64,000 nucleotides of DNA from Hydrolagus affinis (GCA_012026655.1 JAAILG010001484.1:1-64000); one strand, 5' to 3'. Shown: positions 1-12,143, numbered from the stretch's first letter. A program made the numbers and translations. Notes: a model not told the origin generated them from the sequence alone.

Positions 1-236
1 CTGTATATTGTATTCGAGGACTGTGAATACAATATGGCGGCTTTGCACCTCGGTCTGTGCATTGTGTATAGAGATGAGCATTCTGGGTCTTGTAGTTCAG
101 TGTGCTCGCATATCGATTTTTACCTCGATATATCGTTTTTTCGATTTATCGATATTTTTAAAATCACCATAATCGGCATATCGATTTGAAAATCATATCG
201 GGTTTTAGCGATATATCGAAAAATCGCCGGACCCTA
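1..236. mobile_element. Right end of a hAT-like non-autonomous DNA transposon (MITE), truncated by the window edge
   Basis: CpG-rich subterminal array of ATCGAT/ATATCG motifs (110-225). It ends in CGCCGGACCCTA, whose reverse complement TAGGGTCCGGCGAT resembles hAT TAGGG... termini. The other TIR and the TSD are not visible. Confidence 0.55.
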
Positions 237-1029
237 TCTAAACGCAATATCACATGGCATAAGTCTCTCACTGGAGATGGGTTAAGATCATCACCTCTTG
301 GGTTTACAAAATTTACCCTGAGGACATAAGCAGACAGTTTGTGTTCTTTCTCTATTGTAGCCCTCACTATAGGGGGGCTGGATAGCTGGCTTTACTTCAT
401 ACATATCCTCACAAAACCACACAGTAGCTGTTCAGGCACAGTGTCCAATCAATTGTTCCAGATGTCTTAAATACTGATTAACAGGCCAACGGATTGGATT
501 TTAAACTGTGGAGAAAGCTGGCCCAGAGTGGAGTTCACTAACCAAGTGTTTCCGCAGTTTGGTCACTCAGCTAAAGTCAGAGGCAATAAATTGAAACTAG
601 AACCTAAATACGCCGTTTAATTTTACAAACCTGTCTGTGTATCTTCCTGCTCTGACCCCCAGTCGGTCTGTGTTGCTCATCGAGCCAGTGGGCTATAAAT
701 TCACCGTGTCAAGCTCTGGTAAAACGATTAATGAGTGGATGGTCACAGCCAGGGTCTGGCATAGCTCTCTGTCTGCCCTCCAACCCTCCCCTCCCCTCCC
801 CAACCCTCCCCTCCCCTCCTGTTGAGCTGAAGTCTAAAAGTGCTGCAGTGCGGGCGGTTGATCATGTTACGTGATGAGAGGATGTCAGAATTCTTGCAAT
901 TGAGATGGAGTTAAGCCCTGATTGATACGGTGGAGTGACTGTGTAGGCAAACAACAACCAATTTCTACACAGCGATGCCCCACAAACACACGTGAAGTGA
1001 GAGACCAGTTTTATTTGGGGGGTTGTTTG

Positions 1030-1175
1030 GGGAGAATTCTTTGGGGAAGACAGGTTTGCAGAGCTATGGGGGTAGAGTGGGGAGTGGGATTGATTTGAAC
1101 AGCTCGTTTCAAAGAACCGTCACAGACACGATGGGCCGAATGGCCTCCTTCTGTGCTATATAACTCTATGACTCT
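1030..1175 (+). mobile_element. CR1 LINE 3' end fragment
   Basis: ...GATGGGCCGAATGGCCTCCTTCTGTGC followed by degenerate (ACTCTATG)n terminal octamers, typical of CR1 3' ends. The same sequence recurs inverted at 16314, 42478 and 46145. Confidence 0.75.
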
Positions 1176-3194
1176 AAGATTGTCAGCCAGAGTATCAGGA
1201 CACATTTATGGCTCTAGAAACGATACAGAATTATATTACATCCCCCCCACCCCCGCCTGCGACTGATATTCCACTCAGTTACTTTCTAAAGCAACAAATT
1301 ATTATATCTAATAATAATCCTTGCATTCTGAATGTTCTAAGGTTGAGTAAAACTGAGCTGCTGTTACAGTTATACAAAATTACTATTATTATTACACACT
1401 GATAACGCTCTGAGTGGTGGGTGGCTGGGGAGCAGCAAAGCTCCTTCTTGAATCAGGGTTAACTCTGAGCAGCAGCACTTCTAGCAAAGTGATGTTTTAT
1501 TCAAAACAGACTTGTGCTGTAAACACGTTTATTTATTTAAAGCTTCTGCCATGGTTTTGTTGGCTGGTTGGGCTGGTGCAGCAGGCGTTCAGATTAATGG
1601 AGAGTCGTCTTTCAGAATGAAAGTGTTTAGAGAAAGGGGAGTGTGGTTATCTGCTGCTTTCCCAGCGCTCAGCACAGCAGCTGATGGCACTGAGCCTGTC
1701 AGAGTCGTGACCCGAGTTATCTATAGGCCTTTACCACAGAGAGAGGAAGTCATGGGATCTGAAGTGTGATTGATGACTTGTCAGGATTTTATTGCCCTGT
1801 ACACAGCAGTCTTTCATTTCCAGGAACTGTTTGTCACCTTACAATATTTCACGTATGAAAAGACTGAAAATGGAGCCAGGTTTCTACATGTAGCCAGTGT
1901 CATTGGGGGAAGGGGAGGTCAGTGATTCCATTTCACCATCAATTTTCAGTGCCATGTAAACAAAGGGCAAATGCAGGTGTCTATCAAACAACAGCAGTCT
2001 CTCAGTAACAGGTCAGGGGGCTACACTGATGGGCAGACTAAAGCTCCAATTTTTAAGAGATCTGTCCATGTTAAGAGGTGTCTCCATATGTACATTTTTA
2101 TTCCATTAATGCCTCAGAATGATGGTGCAAACACTGGTTACAGTAATTCAAACACTAGATTGCTAGCTTGTGAAAGGCATTTAAATTCATATTTCACTTC
2201 TGATCTTCTCTGGTTTCCGACCACCGACCCTCGTTTCTGTCCAAATCAACAAGACTCGAAAGTCCGGGCACGACTGGCAGCGCAGCAGAGTATAAACACG
2301 GCAAAACATTTCTTCTCCACCAGTAACACTGGCCACAGGAGGCTGAGAAAGCTGCAGCATCACTGGGTTCAGCTCAAAGCTACAGCCTTGTTGAATCAAA
2401 TCACACAATGTGCTAACATCTTGCTGTTGGCAACACCCAGAACTCCTAGTCACGCATCAGTAAATACTGCCCGGCCCCAAACAGCCAGAGCTCACCATTC
2501 ACCTGTTTACACATCTGTGAGGATCGCAGTTCACTCTTTACAGGAGCCATTACCTTCCACCCATTGACATGTACAAAGAAGCTTAAATCATGCATGAACA
2601 GCCCGAGGCACACAGAGCTCAGATAACACGGTCCATTCACCACAAGGAATCAGAATTGACCAATTGCCTTGATCAGAAGAGACAGTGACACCTTTAGCAA
2701 ATGTCCTGATGCCAAAGTACCACCACCAATGCAGCCCTGGGCAGTCTGCACCAACACTGCAATACAAACAAGGCTGTGCCATGTGTTGTGAGGGAAGTTC
2801 AGGACTTCAGTCTGTCTCCACAGTGAGCAGCAGCTAAGGTAAGTGAGGGACGGCAGCCAAGAATGCTTCTGAGCTGAAGCAATTCCCAGTGCCTTGGCCT
2901 CAACCCTCCTTTCCTGGTAGCATGGTCCAGCTGTCATCTCCCCTCCGTGTGAAGTCTCCCCTCTGTGTGAAGAAACACCAGCCAGTGACTGACCACAATG
3001 ATGTAGCTGTGTTTGTGGTCCTGCTGACTTGGTGTATGTGAAGATATTGCCATGTGGTTGGTGTCTCAGTTCCATTTAGCATCTTGTAGATTACTATCAG
3101 GTCCTCTCTGAATCACATTTTCTCAAGGCAGTAGAGTGACAATTTGTCAATTCCAACCTATTGTTCATTACGGACATCTGGAAAAAAAATGCTT

Positions 3195-3300
3195 CTATTT
3201 GATATAGCGCTTTTCATGTCTTCGAGACGTCTCAAAACGCTTCACAGAATATATTGTGAAGTGAATTGACTGTATATTTGTGGGCGAAACACAGTAGGCA
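3195..3300 (-). mobile_element. SINE 3' half (extra tail copy adjacent to the full element)
   Basis: Near-duplicate of 3330-3430 (GCTTCACAGAATAT...GAATTGACTGTATATTTGTGGGCGAAAC). Confidence 0.8.
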
Positions 3301-3304
3301 ATTG

Positions 3305-3634
3305 TAATAATAATATGATAATAATCCTTGCATTTTATATCGCGCTTTTCACATCTTATCGATGTCTCAAAGCGCTTCACAGAATATATGGTAAAGTGAA
3401 TTGACTGTATATTTGTGGGCGAAACGCAGCAGCCAATTGTGTACAGCAGTGTTCCACAAACACTGTTTGTGGATTGAAATGACCAATTTTATTTTATGTT
3501 TTTTTTGGGACAGATTATTATTAGGTGTGTGGAGTAAGGAAACTTGCCCAAGGTTTTCGCCCTGACCTGCCTGGATTCCAATACAGGTCTCACGATTGTA
3601 GGCGAGTGCTCTAACCACTGAGCTACAGGATTCC
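3305..3634 (-). mobile_element. Full-length tRNA-derived Deu-domain SINE with L2-like tail
   Basis: Read on the minus strand: A box TAGCTCAGTGG, tRNA-like anticodon arm, B-box-like GTATTGGAATCC, Deu-like core (TTTGTGG...GCTGT..ACAATTGGCTGC), tail AAGCGCTTTGAGAC...AAATGCAAGGATTATTA. Confidence 0.85.
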
Positions 3635-5167
3635 ACATAGTGTGTGAACAACAACTAAAGATATTTACACAGTGACTTTCATATCAGGAGTATGTGAAAA
3701 TATGTGAGTTCAAATCCACCATCGGGGTGGGTTCCAGGAGCGTGGGTTTGGGTGGGGGGGAGCTCTAAGATCTGCGGATTCAGAATAAGATAAATTCTGT
3801 CTTATGCTTGTTGAATTCTCTAGAGAGAAAGCAGAGTGACGAGACTAGGACAGCCTCCCAGCTAGATTAAGCAGTGAGCGTAAAAAAAAACAAGCGACAC
3901 TTTCCATCCAGCATCCTCACTGACAGTCACTGACAAACGCTGTGATATAACGGCCCTGGGGACAGCTGGAAGCCTGGGCAATGTGCCTCAGTTGCTGCCA
4001 TCTGTACTGCCTGCATTATTTAGCTGCAATGCTCGTAAGTAACCTATGGTAATGGACTTTAGGGCTTTACATGTCTGTGGGAGAGAACGCTTCGTGTTCC
4101 AGAGAGGAAACAGGACTCGTTCATTTTTAATGGAACACATGGTTCATTGAACATACAAGTAAATCACCAAACCTGGTGAGCGGGCTCTGTGCCTTTGATC
4201 TTCAGGGGCTTTCACACCAACAACGTGCACCAAATACAGTAGCGTTTCAGCCGCTACATTCAAATGAGATCATTGCGATATGGAAAACAACAACAACGAT
4301 AACAACAGTCACCTCATCAGCCCAGACTCCTGCCTGATGTTTTTCTATTGTATTTAATTTGCTTTCCATGAACTTGTCCAATTTATTTTAGAAACCTTTC
4401 ATTGTTTCTCATAGAATTTTACAGAAGGAGGTTATTTGTTTTTCTAAGTTAATGTCACTTCCCAGCTCTCGCATTTCCTTTAATGTTACACAATATAAAA
4501 TGACTGGCCGAGTTTACACAGACAAAAGAAATCAGCAAGGTTTCTACATTAAAGCCTACTCCATTCTCTCTGATCCACAATCATTTCAATGCTTTAATTA
4601 GTTAGATCTGATAATCCTTTATGGATCTTCAAAACTCCCAGTTGTGACAAATTGGAACACTTTGCATTTTCTGAAGAAACCTTTAATCGACCATGACCTA
4701 ACAGCATCCACTAGCGATTCACGCAGAAGACCACATCTAACAGTCTACCTCACTGCTCTTTCCAGTCCCGCACGATTTACACAGAAACCAACAGTAACAC
4801 ATCACATCGGGTGATGTGGTTCGCACTGCCCAGTGCCGGCTCCAGCCTCCAACGCTCTGTTGAGAAACTTTCTCCAGCAACTTCGCTGAGAACACTACTC
4901 GGGTGAGTAGAATTGCCGTTAAACGCCCCGCCCCTCGCACCAACCTCTTCTTAATTTCTCTAACACTATTTTGAGAAGCATCAACGAGATAACTCACTAT
5001 AAAAGTACACTCTCTTTCTTTCTCTCTTTCAGTATAATCCAGACATGTAACTGAGACATGGACGATTGACAATTGGTTTGTCCAACATGACAAAAACGCT
5101 GAGAGCAGTTCCCAAATTGTGTGCCAGCCAACCCATTCTCTCCCTGTCACAGGCTATAACAACATAA

Positions 5168-5236
5168 CAATAATAATCCTTGGATTTAATATAGCGACTG
5201 ATCACATCTTCGAGACGTCTCAAAGCACTTCACAGG
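5168..5236 (-). mobile_element. SINE tail fragment
   Basis: TAATAATCCTTGG...GACGTCTCAAAGCACTTCACAG matches the family tail. Confidence 0.7.
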
Positions 5237-5711
5237 CTCTGGTCAGGGCAGCATACTGTATAAATACCATGACCAGGGCACTACATAGCTGGGCAACGAT
5301 AGGAATCAGGTACCAGGTGACATCAGAAACAACACAACACCCGCTCATAGTCTGACATCACCGCGTGTACAAAATAGATTTACCTCAGCTTTATTTCTGC
5401 ACAAACAATTTGAAACCATCCAGACAAGGAAGTCAAAAACAGACTAACACACAAGAATAACCTAGTGCTTTACACAAATCAAAGGGACTGAGTAACTCCA
5501 GGGGCTGGCAAGTGGAGACAGAAACCTTCTCATTCCAAAGGATTAACTCCTCCTCCAGGATTCCACTCACAAAGAGCTGAGCAGAAGGTATCTCTCTCTC
5601 CCCGGAATTAATAGATGCACAGAAGCTGGTTTTGGGCACGGGCAGCTACACCCTCTGCCCTCAGGAGGATGTATCACAGATGGCCATTAGATCAGTTGGA
5701 TCAGGGCACAA

Positions 5712-6046
5712 ACAATAACAATAATAATAATAATAATCATCCTTGAATTTGATGTAGCGCTTTTCACGTCTTCTAGCCACCTCAAAGCGCTTCACAGAAT
5801 ATAATGTAAAGTGAATTGACCGTATATTTGTGGGCGAAACACGGCAGCCAATTGCGCACAGCAGCATCCCACAAACAGTCGTGGATTGAAATGACCAATT
5901 TTATTATTGTGTTTTTTTTTGGAGGGATTATTATTAGGCGTGTGGAGTAAGGAAACTTGCCCAAGGTTTCATCCTGACCTGCCTGGATTTGAACACAGAT
6001 CTCTCGCTTGTAAGGCGAGTGCTCTAACCACTGAGCTACAGGAGCT
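5712..6046 (-). mobile_element. Full-length tRNA/Deu SINE
   Basis: (TAA)n tail at 5712-5740, Deu core, head CTAACCACTGAGCTACAGGAG; anticodon arm CTCGC-CTTACAA-GCGAG on the minus strand. Confidence 0.88.
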
Positions 6047-6994
6047 ACAACTAGCTTCATTCAGCCAGGCTCCACCAGGCATTTCCCCTTTCCTTCCCCC
6101 AGCCATGCTCTCCCTCCCCCAGGCCAGCTCCCCTCTTGCCTCAGACATGCTCCTCCCTCCACAAACATATTCCTTTCTCCGCCCCCCCCTCCCCCTGATG
6201 TGCTTCCCCCAGGCAGCTGTAAGACTGTTTATTACTAAAGCCTAACTAACACAACACGGTTTTGTTTAAACCGCTGACAAACTCTCCCTCCCCACTCCCT
6301 CCCCTCCTGTCCCTTTCCCCACTCAATCCCACTCCATCCCCTCTCTGTGTCCTGGAGGAATTGAAATTAAGGCAATAAAAAAGCCCATCTTGTGCCACCG
6401 GCATCGAGACGGGATAGAGTGGGCCCTGCATCTCCTCGTCAGGTCAGAGCAGATCCCAGCCTAACAGCGCGTCTGATCACATCTGGGGCCAAAGCAACAC
6501 CCAGGTTGGAGAGGGGGATAATCAGACAAGTTTCTTGCTTCTAATCATTATCCAGTGCTCTAATCTGTGAGCGTGTATGTGGGACGGAAGGACTGGGCAC
6601 TTTGTAGTCACGTAACCTCACAATCCTCACTCTCAAAAGATGGAAGAATTAATGAGGGCAAATAAATCCCCGCAGCCAGGAGCCCTGCAAGGATTTCTGA
6701 ATTCTTTTAAGCTGTTTCTCGGGAAAAGTTGGGAAGGAACTAAGTTCATTAGAATGTAAAGTGACAATCCAAATTAGCCGTGTCTGTAGTAACAACACCT
6801 TGCAATTACACAGTGAGTGCCCTCCTGTAGGGCAGCGTCCCAGAACACTGACAGTGGAGCAAAACACCGAGCTGGGGGGATGGGGAGGGATGGGGGGGGG
6901 TCACCGTCAAATAGGAAGGTGATGGGGAATGAAGGGGCAAGGCAGAGGGATAGAGGAAGTGTTTCAGAGATTTGGGGCTCAACGGCTGCAAGCT

Positions 6995-7275
6995 CCGTTC
7001 TGCTCCATGTCCCCTGCCCGACCATCGGTGGCTGGGCTTTCAGTCTCTCTGCCCCCACACTCTGGAACTCCATCCCACGGACCCTACGCCTCGTCTCATC
7101 CCTTGCTTCCTTCAAGGCCGGTCTCAAGACCCTCCTTTTCGATCGCACCTTCTGCCGCCATCCCACCTCTCTCCATCCCCTCCACCCTGCCCCTCCCCCG
7201 GGCTTGGTCCCTGACCCCTGACTGTTCAGCACCTTGGGATGTCCTGTCGACGTGAAAGGCGCTCAACAACATCAA
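6995..7275 (+). mobile_element. L2 LINE 3' fragment (ORF2 C-terminus and 3' hairpin)
   Basis: Translates as TIGGWAFSLSAPTLWNSIP...SFKAGLKTLLF, the characteristic L2 ORF2 C-terminus; tail GACGTGAAAGGCGCT. Confidence 0.85.
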
Positions 7276-7480
7276 CACTATATTATCTGTAATAATGAGA
7301 CCAGCATTTTATACAGCACTTTGATCTCCTCAACTCAAAACGTCTCAAAGCCACTTTATAAAGCGCAGTGACTGTGACAGCAATGTCCTACAAACACCTA
7401 AGAAGTGACTGAGCCAATTTTCTATCTGGAGTATTGATAATCAGAACACAGGAGAAACTTCAAATACTGTCAAAAAATCT

Positions 7481-7662
7481 TAATAACAACAATAATAATC
7501 CTTGCAATTGATATAGTGCTTATCATTTCTTTGAGGCGTTTCCAAGGCCTTCACGAGATACTGTACTGTGAAGTAAACCGACTGTATATTATGTGGGCAA
7601 ATAACCAACAGCAAAATTACATTGATAGAACATCGGGAGGACGTGCCAAGGCGCTGAACAGT
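7481..7662 (-). mobile_element. SINE tail fragment followed by a solo L2 tail
   Basis: TAATAATCCTTGC...TGTGGGCAAA, then CAACAGCAAAATTACATT...GGGAGGACGTGCCAAGGCGCTG. Confidence 0.7.
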
Positions 7663-7784
7663 AAAAATAACATATGAAGGTAAGATGAGAGGAAGAAGGA
7701 GATAAAGGTAAAGTTTCAATGACTGCAGTAATTGGCTGCTTTTACAGCAATGTGATTAACACTCATCAATAACAACTTATATTT

Positions 7785-8097
7785 ATATAATATAATGATG
7801 CTTGCATTTGACATCTTCTTTCATGTCTTCTAGGCGTCTCAAAGCGCTTCACAGAACATACTGTAAAGTGAATTGATTGTATATTTGTGGGTGAAACACG
7901 GAAGCCAATTGTGCACAGCAGCGTCCCCACAAACAGTCGTGGATTGAAGTGACCAATTTATTATTGATTTTATTCTTGAAGGATTTTCTCAGGCGTGTAG
8001 AGAAAGTAAACTTGCCGAAGGTTTCATCCTGGTGGGAATCGAACCCAGGTCTCTGCCTTGTGAGGCAAGTGCTCAAACCACTCAGCTACAGGACTCC
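7785..8097 (-). mobile_element. Full-length tRNA/Deu SINE (variant head)
   Basis: Head on the minus strand has B box GGTTCGATTCC; Deu core and tail as in the other copies. Confidence 0.85.
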
Positions 8098-10504
8098 TAA
8101 AGGTGCATTTATATGCGCCTTTCATGCAGTGTAGCATCTCGCAGTGCTTCACAGTGATGGAGTCTGATGTCCCTGCAATGTAGGAGAACTGTACTGCGGC
8201 ACTTTGCCTCTGTATGTTTTTACAACATGTATCAATGTCTCACTTTGAACTGACTCAGGAGAGGTTGTTCCTTTAAATAACTATCAGAATGATGCTGTCT
8301 GTCTGCTCAGAGATGGCTTATGTAACATCACAGCAGATAAGAGTGTTGGCACCTTTGGCAGTTTATCATTGAATATGTTGTATCAGCAGATGTACAGAGG
8401 GGCATGAAAAGGGAACTCAACCCCGCAATATGCCTCATTGAGATTGATATCATTTTTGTGGTTCTATAAAGTGGGATAAATAAAAAGGACCACTTCAAAA
8501 AACAGCTGCTGGAGGCACAGACACCTGCGCTGCATATTTCTACATTAAGTAAAGTTCCCCAAGCCCTGAGACTGACTGGCAGTAAAACAGGCAGCACAAA
8601 ATGTCAGAAGCAAGAAAAACAGGCCTGAATATCCAGTCCGAAAACAAATGTATTTTCCTCTCGTTGATGTGAAAAGCATAAAACACAATTGAGTGCATCT
8701 GTCACTTCTAAATGAATTAACAAGTAATTGCAGCCTGTGTAAAAGTAATGGCAATTGTATCATTTATTGAATGTTACACAGAGCTGCCCAGACGTGGGTT
8801 AATGAGACTCTATGAGGTTAGGGATATGTTTATGAGGCTCTGAAGTTCAAATAGCAATTCAAGCACCGATTAAAAAACAAATAAAACTTTTATAAAGTAA
8901 GAGACCTGAAGGAATGAAGGGATTGTGTTGGTGGAGAAGCGGTGAGCCTGGCTGATATTCCACACTCTTTTGTAAGATGAATAATTCTATTTAGAGCTGA
9001 TCAAACTGACTCATTTATAATTCACTTTAAAGTCCGTTACCAATACATATCACATCTCTAAACCAGAAATCTGCACTGCCTGTCAGTCTGGCCACTGGCA
9101 CATCTGTAAAAAAAAATGCAAGTTTCAGAAGCCTAGCTTTTGAAGATTTGATGCAAACTTTCTTTTCACTTCTGTAAGGAGGAGAGCAACACCTCCATGT
9201 CACCTCAAAACCTACACAAACGTTCGAGCGAGGCTTTTATTGTGAAGGGCTCCTTGATGCATGTTTGTCCACCTGTTTGCCATTAGGGTGAGATGTTAAA
9301 CTGGTTCCCCTCTCTGCCTGTAACCAATGCCTTTAATGGCTGACACCTGTGCAAGCCAACTTCTAAATTGGGCTCAATGTGCCTTTGACACGGTGAGTGT
9401 GGCTGACAGATTCCTGTGGTGGTCTCTGTCTGAACAAGTTTATCAATTTACCCTGCCAAGTCCAACTGACAGCCAGGGTGAATAAAGATCACCATTTAGG
9501 TCTGAATGCAGCCTTCACTAACAGACACAGCCTTGACCTCCAAATACTTGTGCAGTCCCAACTAACAAGTGCAGCCCTTCTGCCCGGCTGCCGTATACAC
9601 TCATAGCCAAACCATCACACGGTCTAACCTTCACTGGAAATGCCATCAGCGTCCTGCTCGGCTCTTTTCTAATTAGATAGCGCCGCTTGTGTTTAATACC
9701 AATGTGTTTAATAGCAAAGCTCCCTTTAGTAACAAGGGCAGACTGAGAGCAAGCCTTGGGACCACACCAGCTCCACCCTAATTAAAACCCAGCAAGTCTT
9801 TTCAGCACAAATTATCCAGATAGTTACGCCGTGCGATTAAAATATTTCCCTTTCATTACCTCACAGTCACTGGCCTGTAGGAGGAATGGGAGAGACGGGA
9901 AACTTTCACAGCATTGCAAATTGCTGCCGCCACACTACAGATAATTCTCCCCCCCACCCCCCCCCTAAATTCCTCACAATGTATTCCTGCAAAGGTGATA
10001 ATTGAGGTCTGGTTATTTGGAGGAAGAGGAGAAATGATGACTGCTTAATTGGAAAATCTAACTTTGTGAAGTGCCCCGCTGCCTCTGACCTACATCATTA
10101 AAGCTGCCAGCCAACAAACATCAAACATCAGGCATTATTAATGAACCAGATGTATTAATTTCCCATTTATGAGAAGCTAAGCCACTGGCTAGCGTCTCTG
10201 ACAGCGCTATTAATGATGGTTAATGCCCCTCAGGCACTAATGGGTCCCGCAGGGAGCAGAGGAATACTGCAATTTGTATTGAGGATTTAGACATAACAAA
10301 AAAGCCTTGTGCTCCTGGGAGCAGCATTTGATCAGTGACTGCCTCATCGGAATACTGCAACCGAATAATAAATGACAGCTCTGCGATTAAATCAAACATT
10401 CTGCCTTAAGTGCGAAAGCGTTTGATTGTCATTAACAATCTAGTGCTTGCGGAACGCCTCTGGGGTCTCAAACAAATAGCTTGCCCGACTGGAAAAAATA
10501 CAGT

Positions 10505-10628
10505 GAGGAGGGGGGGAAGGAGGGAGCGGGGGAGGGGGGGAGGGAGGGAGCGGCGGAGGGGGGGAGGGAGGGAGCGGGGAGGGGGTGAAGGAGGGAGCGG
10601 AGAGGGGGGGAAGGAGGGAGTGGGGGAT
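10505..10628 (+). repeat. Polypurine G-rich low-complexity tract (GGAGGG-like repeats)
   Basis: About 120 nt of almost pure G/A with many G3+ runs. Confidence 0.85.
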
Positions 10629-10889
10629 GAAACTGGTACTCACAGCTGAAGGCTGAAAAAAAGGAAAGTTTGGCGTACAGTGTCACTCAGCTGTATGTGT
10701 AATGGAGTGAGGGAGGAAAGGCTCACGTTCATTTCCTTCAGTAAAGAATGTAGAAGCCCACACTGATGGTTACCTTGTGCAGATGCTCTGTAGAGGTTAT
10801 TATTCCATTTATTTTTGACTCTCTATTGGCTAAGCTCTCACCTCCAGGTCAGAATTGCATATATTGCCTTCAAAATAAACAGGTCACCA

Positions 10890-11046
10890 CAGTTTACAGT
10901 ATATTCTGTGAACAACAACAACAACAAAATTACATTTATAGAGCGCTTTTCACGTCGGGAGCACGCCCAAGGCGCTCAAAATGAACGCTTTGTGCCTCTC
11001 GATGATGTGATAAGGGGCTATAACAAATGCAAGGATTATAATTATT
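10890..11046 (+). mobile_element. SINE tail interrupted by an inverted solo L2 tail (10914-10981)
   Basis: TTTACAGTATATTCTG-TGAAC [AACAAC...CACGTCGGGAGCACGCCCAAGGCGCT] TGAAC-GCTTTG...AAATGCAAGGATTATA; the 5-bp direct repeat TGAAC flanks the insert. Confidence 0.7.
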
Positions 11047-11059
11047 AAAATTGCGAGTT

Positions 11060-11600
11060 GATGTGAATATCCCCTCCCGCACTAGACACGGTAACCCTAT
11101 CCCCCACATCCTCGCCTGACTCCACTGGATTCCCATTACACAGAGAATACAGTTCAAGATCCTTGCCCTTACCTTCAAAGACCTCCACGGCCTCGCCCCA
11201 CCCTACCTCTGCAACCCAACCCCCTACCAATCTGCCCATTGTCTCCGCTCAGTTGGCTCTGGCCTGCTTCACATCCCCCGCCTAACCCACCCCACAATTG
11301 GTGGGCTGACCTTCACCTACTCTGCCCCCAACGTATGGAACTCCATCCCACAGTCCCTCTGCCTTGCTCCATACCTCTCGTCCTTCAAGACACACCTCAA
11401 GGCCCTCCTCTTCGATCGAGCTTTCGATCAACCTCCTTCACTCCCTACGCTTTGCCAACCTCCCAATCCTGACAACTCCCAATCCTAACAACCCCACACC
11501 CCCCCCACCTCCACCCATTGCTAGGGTCCAGAATACTGTCTGTCGAGGGCCATAGGACATCCTCCCAACATGAAAGACACCGGACACGTGTAATTTTGTG
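11060..11600 (+). mobile_element. L2 LINE 3' fragment
   Basis: Encodes degenerate PISPILA*LHWIPITQRIQFKILALTFK (L2 LHWLP motif) and a pyrimidine-rich 3' region. Confidence 0.8.
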
Positions 11601-11704
11601 GTAGTCATTGATGCCCCACATGGATATGAGCTCACAGGCTTGGTTGACACTCCAATGCAGCGCAGAGTGTGGACGGCGGGGGGGGGGGGGGAGGAGAGAG
11701 CTGC

Positions 11705-11950
11705 ATTGTCAAAGGTGCTGTCCTGCTCGGGCAAATGTTAATCACCTCTTGACAGCATTATATTGAAAAAGAGAATGGACCTTCTCACTGTGTCCTGGAC
11801 AACAGACTTCCAGATTAATCAATCGTTCACCTCATGGCTGTTTGTAGGAGCTTGCTATTGCAAACAAGTTTGCCTATCATTAGTCACCACGACTGATGGT
11901 AATTATCTGTGAAACAGTTTAAGGAATTCAGTGTGATAATATGTCTTTCT
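11705..11950 (+). mobile_element. Old, diverged Deu-domain SINE relic (SacSINE1/AmnSINE1-like)
   Basis: GTTCACCTCATGGCTGTTTGTAGGAGCTTGCT and TGTCCTGGACAAC resemble the Deu core as I remember it; much more diverged than the young family. Confidence 0.5.
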
Positions 11951-12143
11951 ATTCAGTGAAACTTATTCCCTCCCCCTCTCCACCCCCCCTCCCCCCACAG
12001 TCTTTATCAAAACAAAGGTTGCCCTTCAGGCTTTGACACCTGACTGCTAGTGATAGAACCTCAGTATTGCGAGAGCTTTACTTTGTATCTATATGATTAA
12101 CACTCCTCATGCACTCCAATTTTCCATGTTGCTCTTCCTTTTA

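Noticed and set aside
1971-2567. 198-aa ORF on the + strand
   Set aside because: No recognisable domain or convincing splice context, and antisense to the inferred host gene; an ORF of this length is expected by chance in 64 kb.
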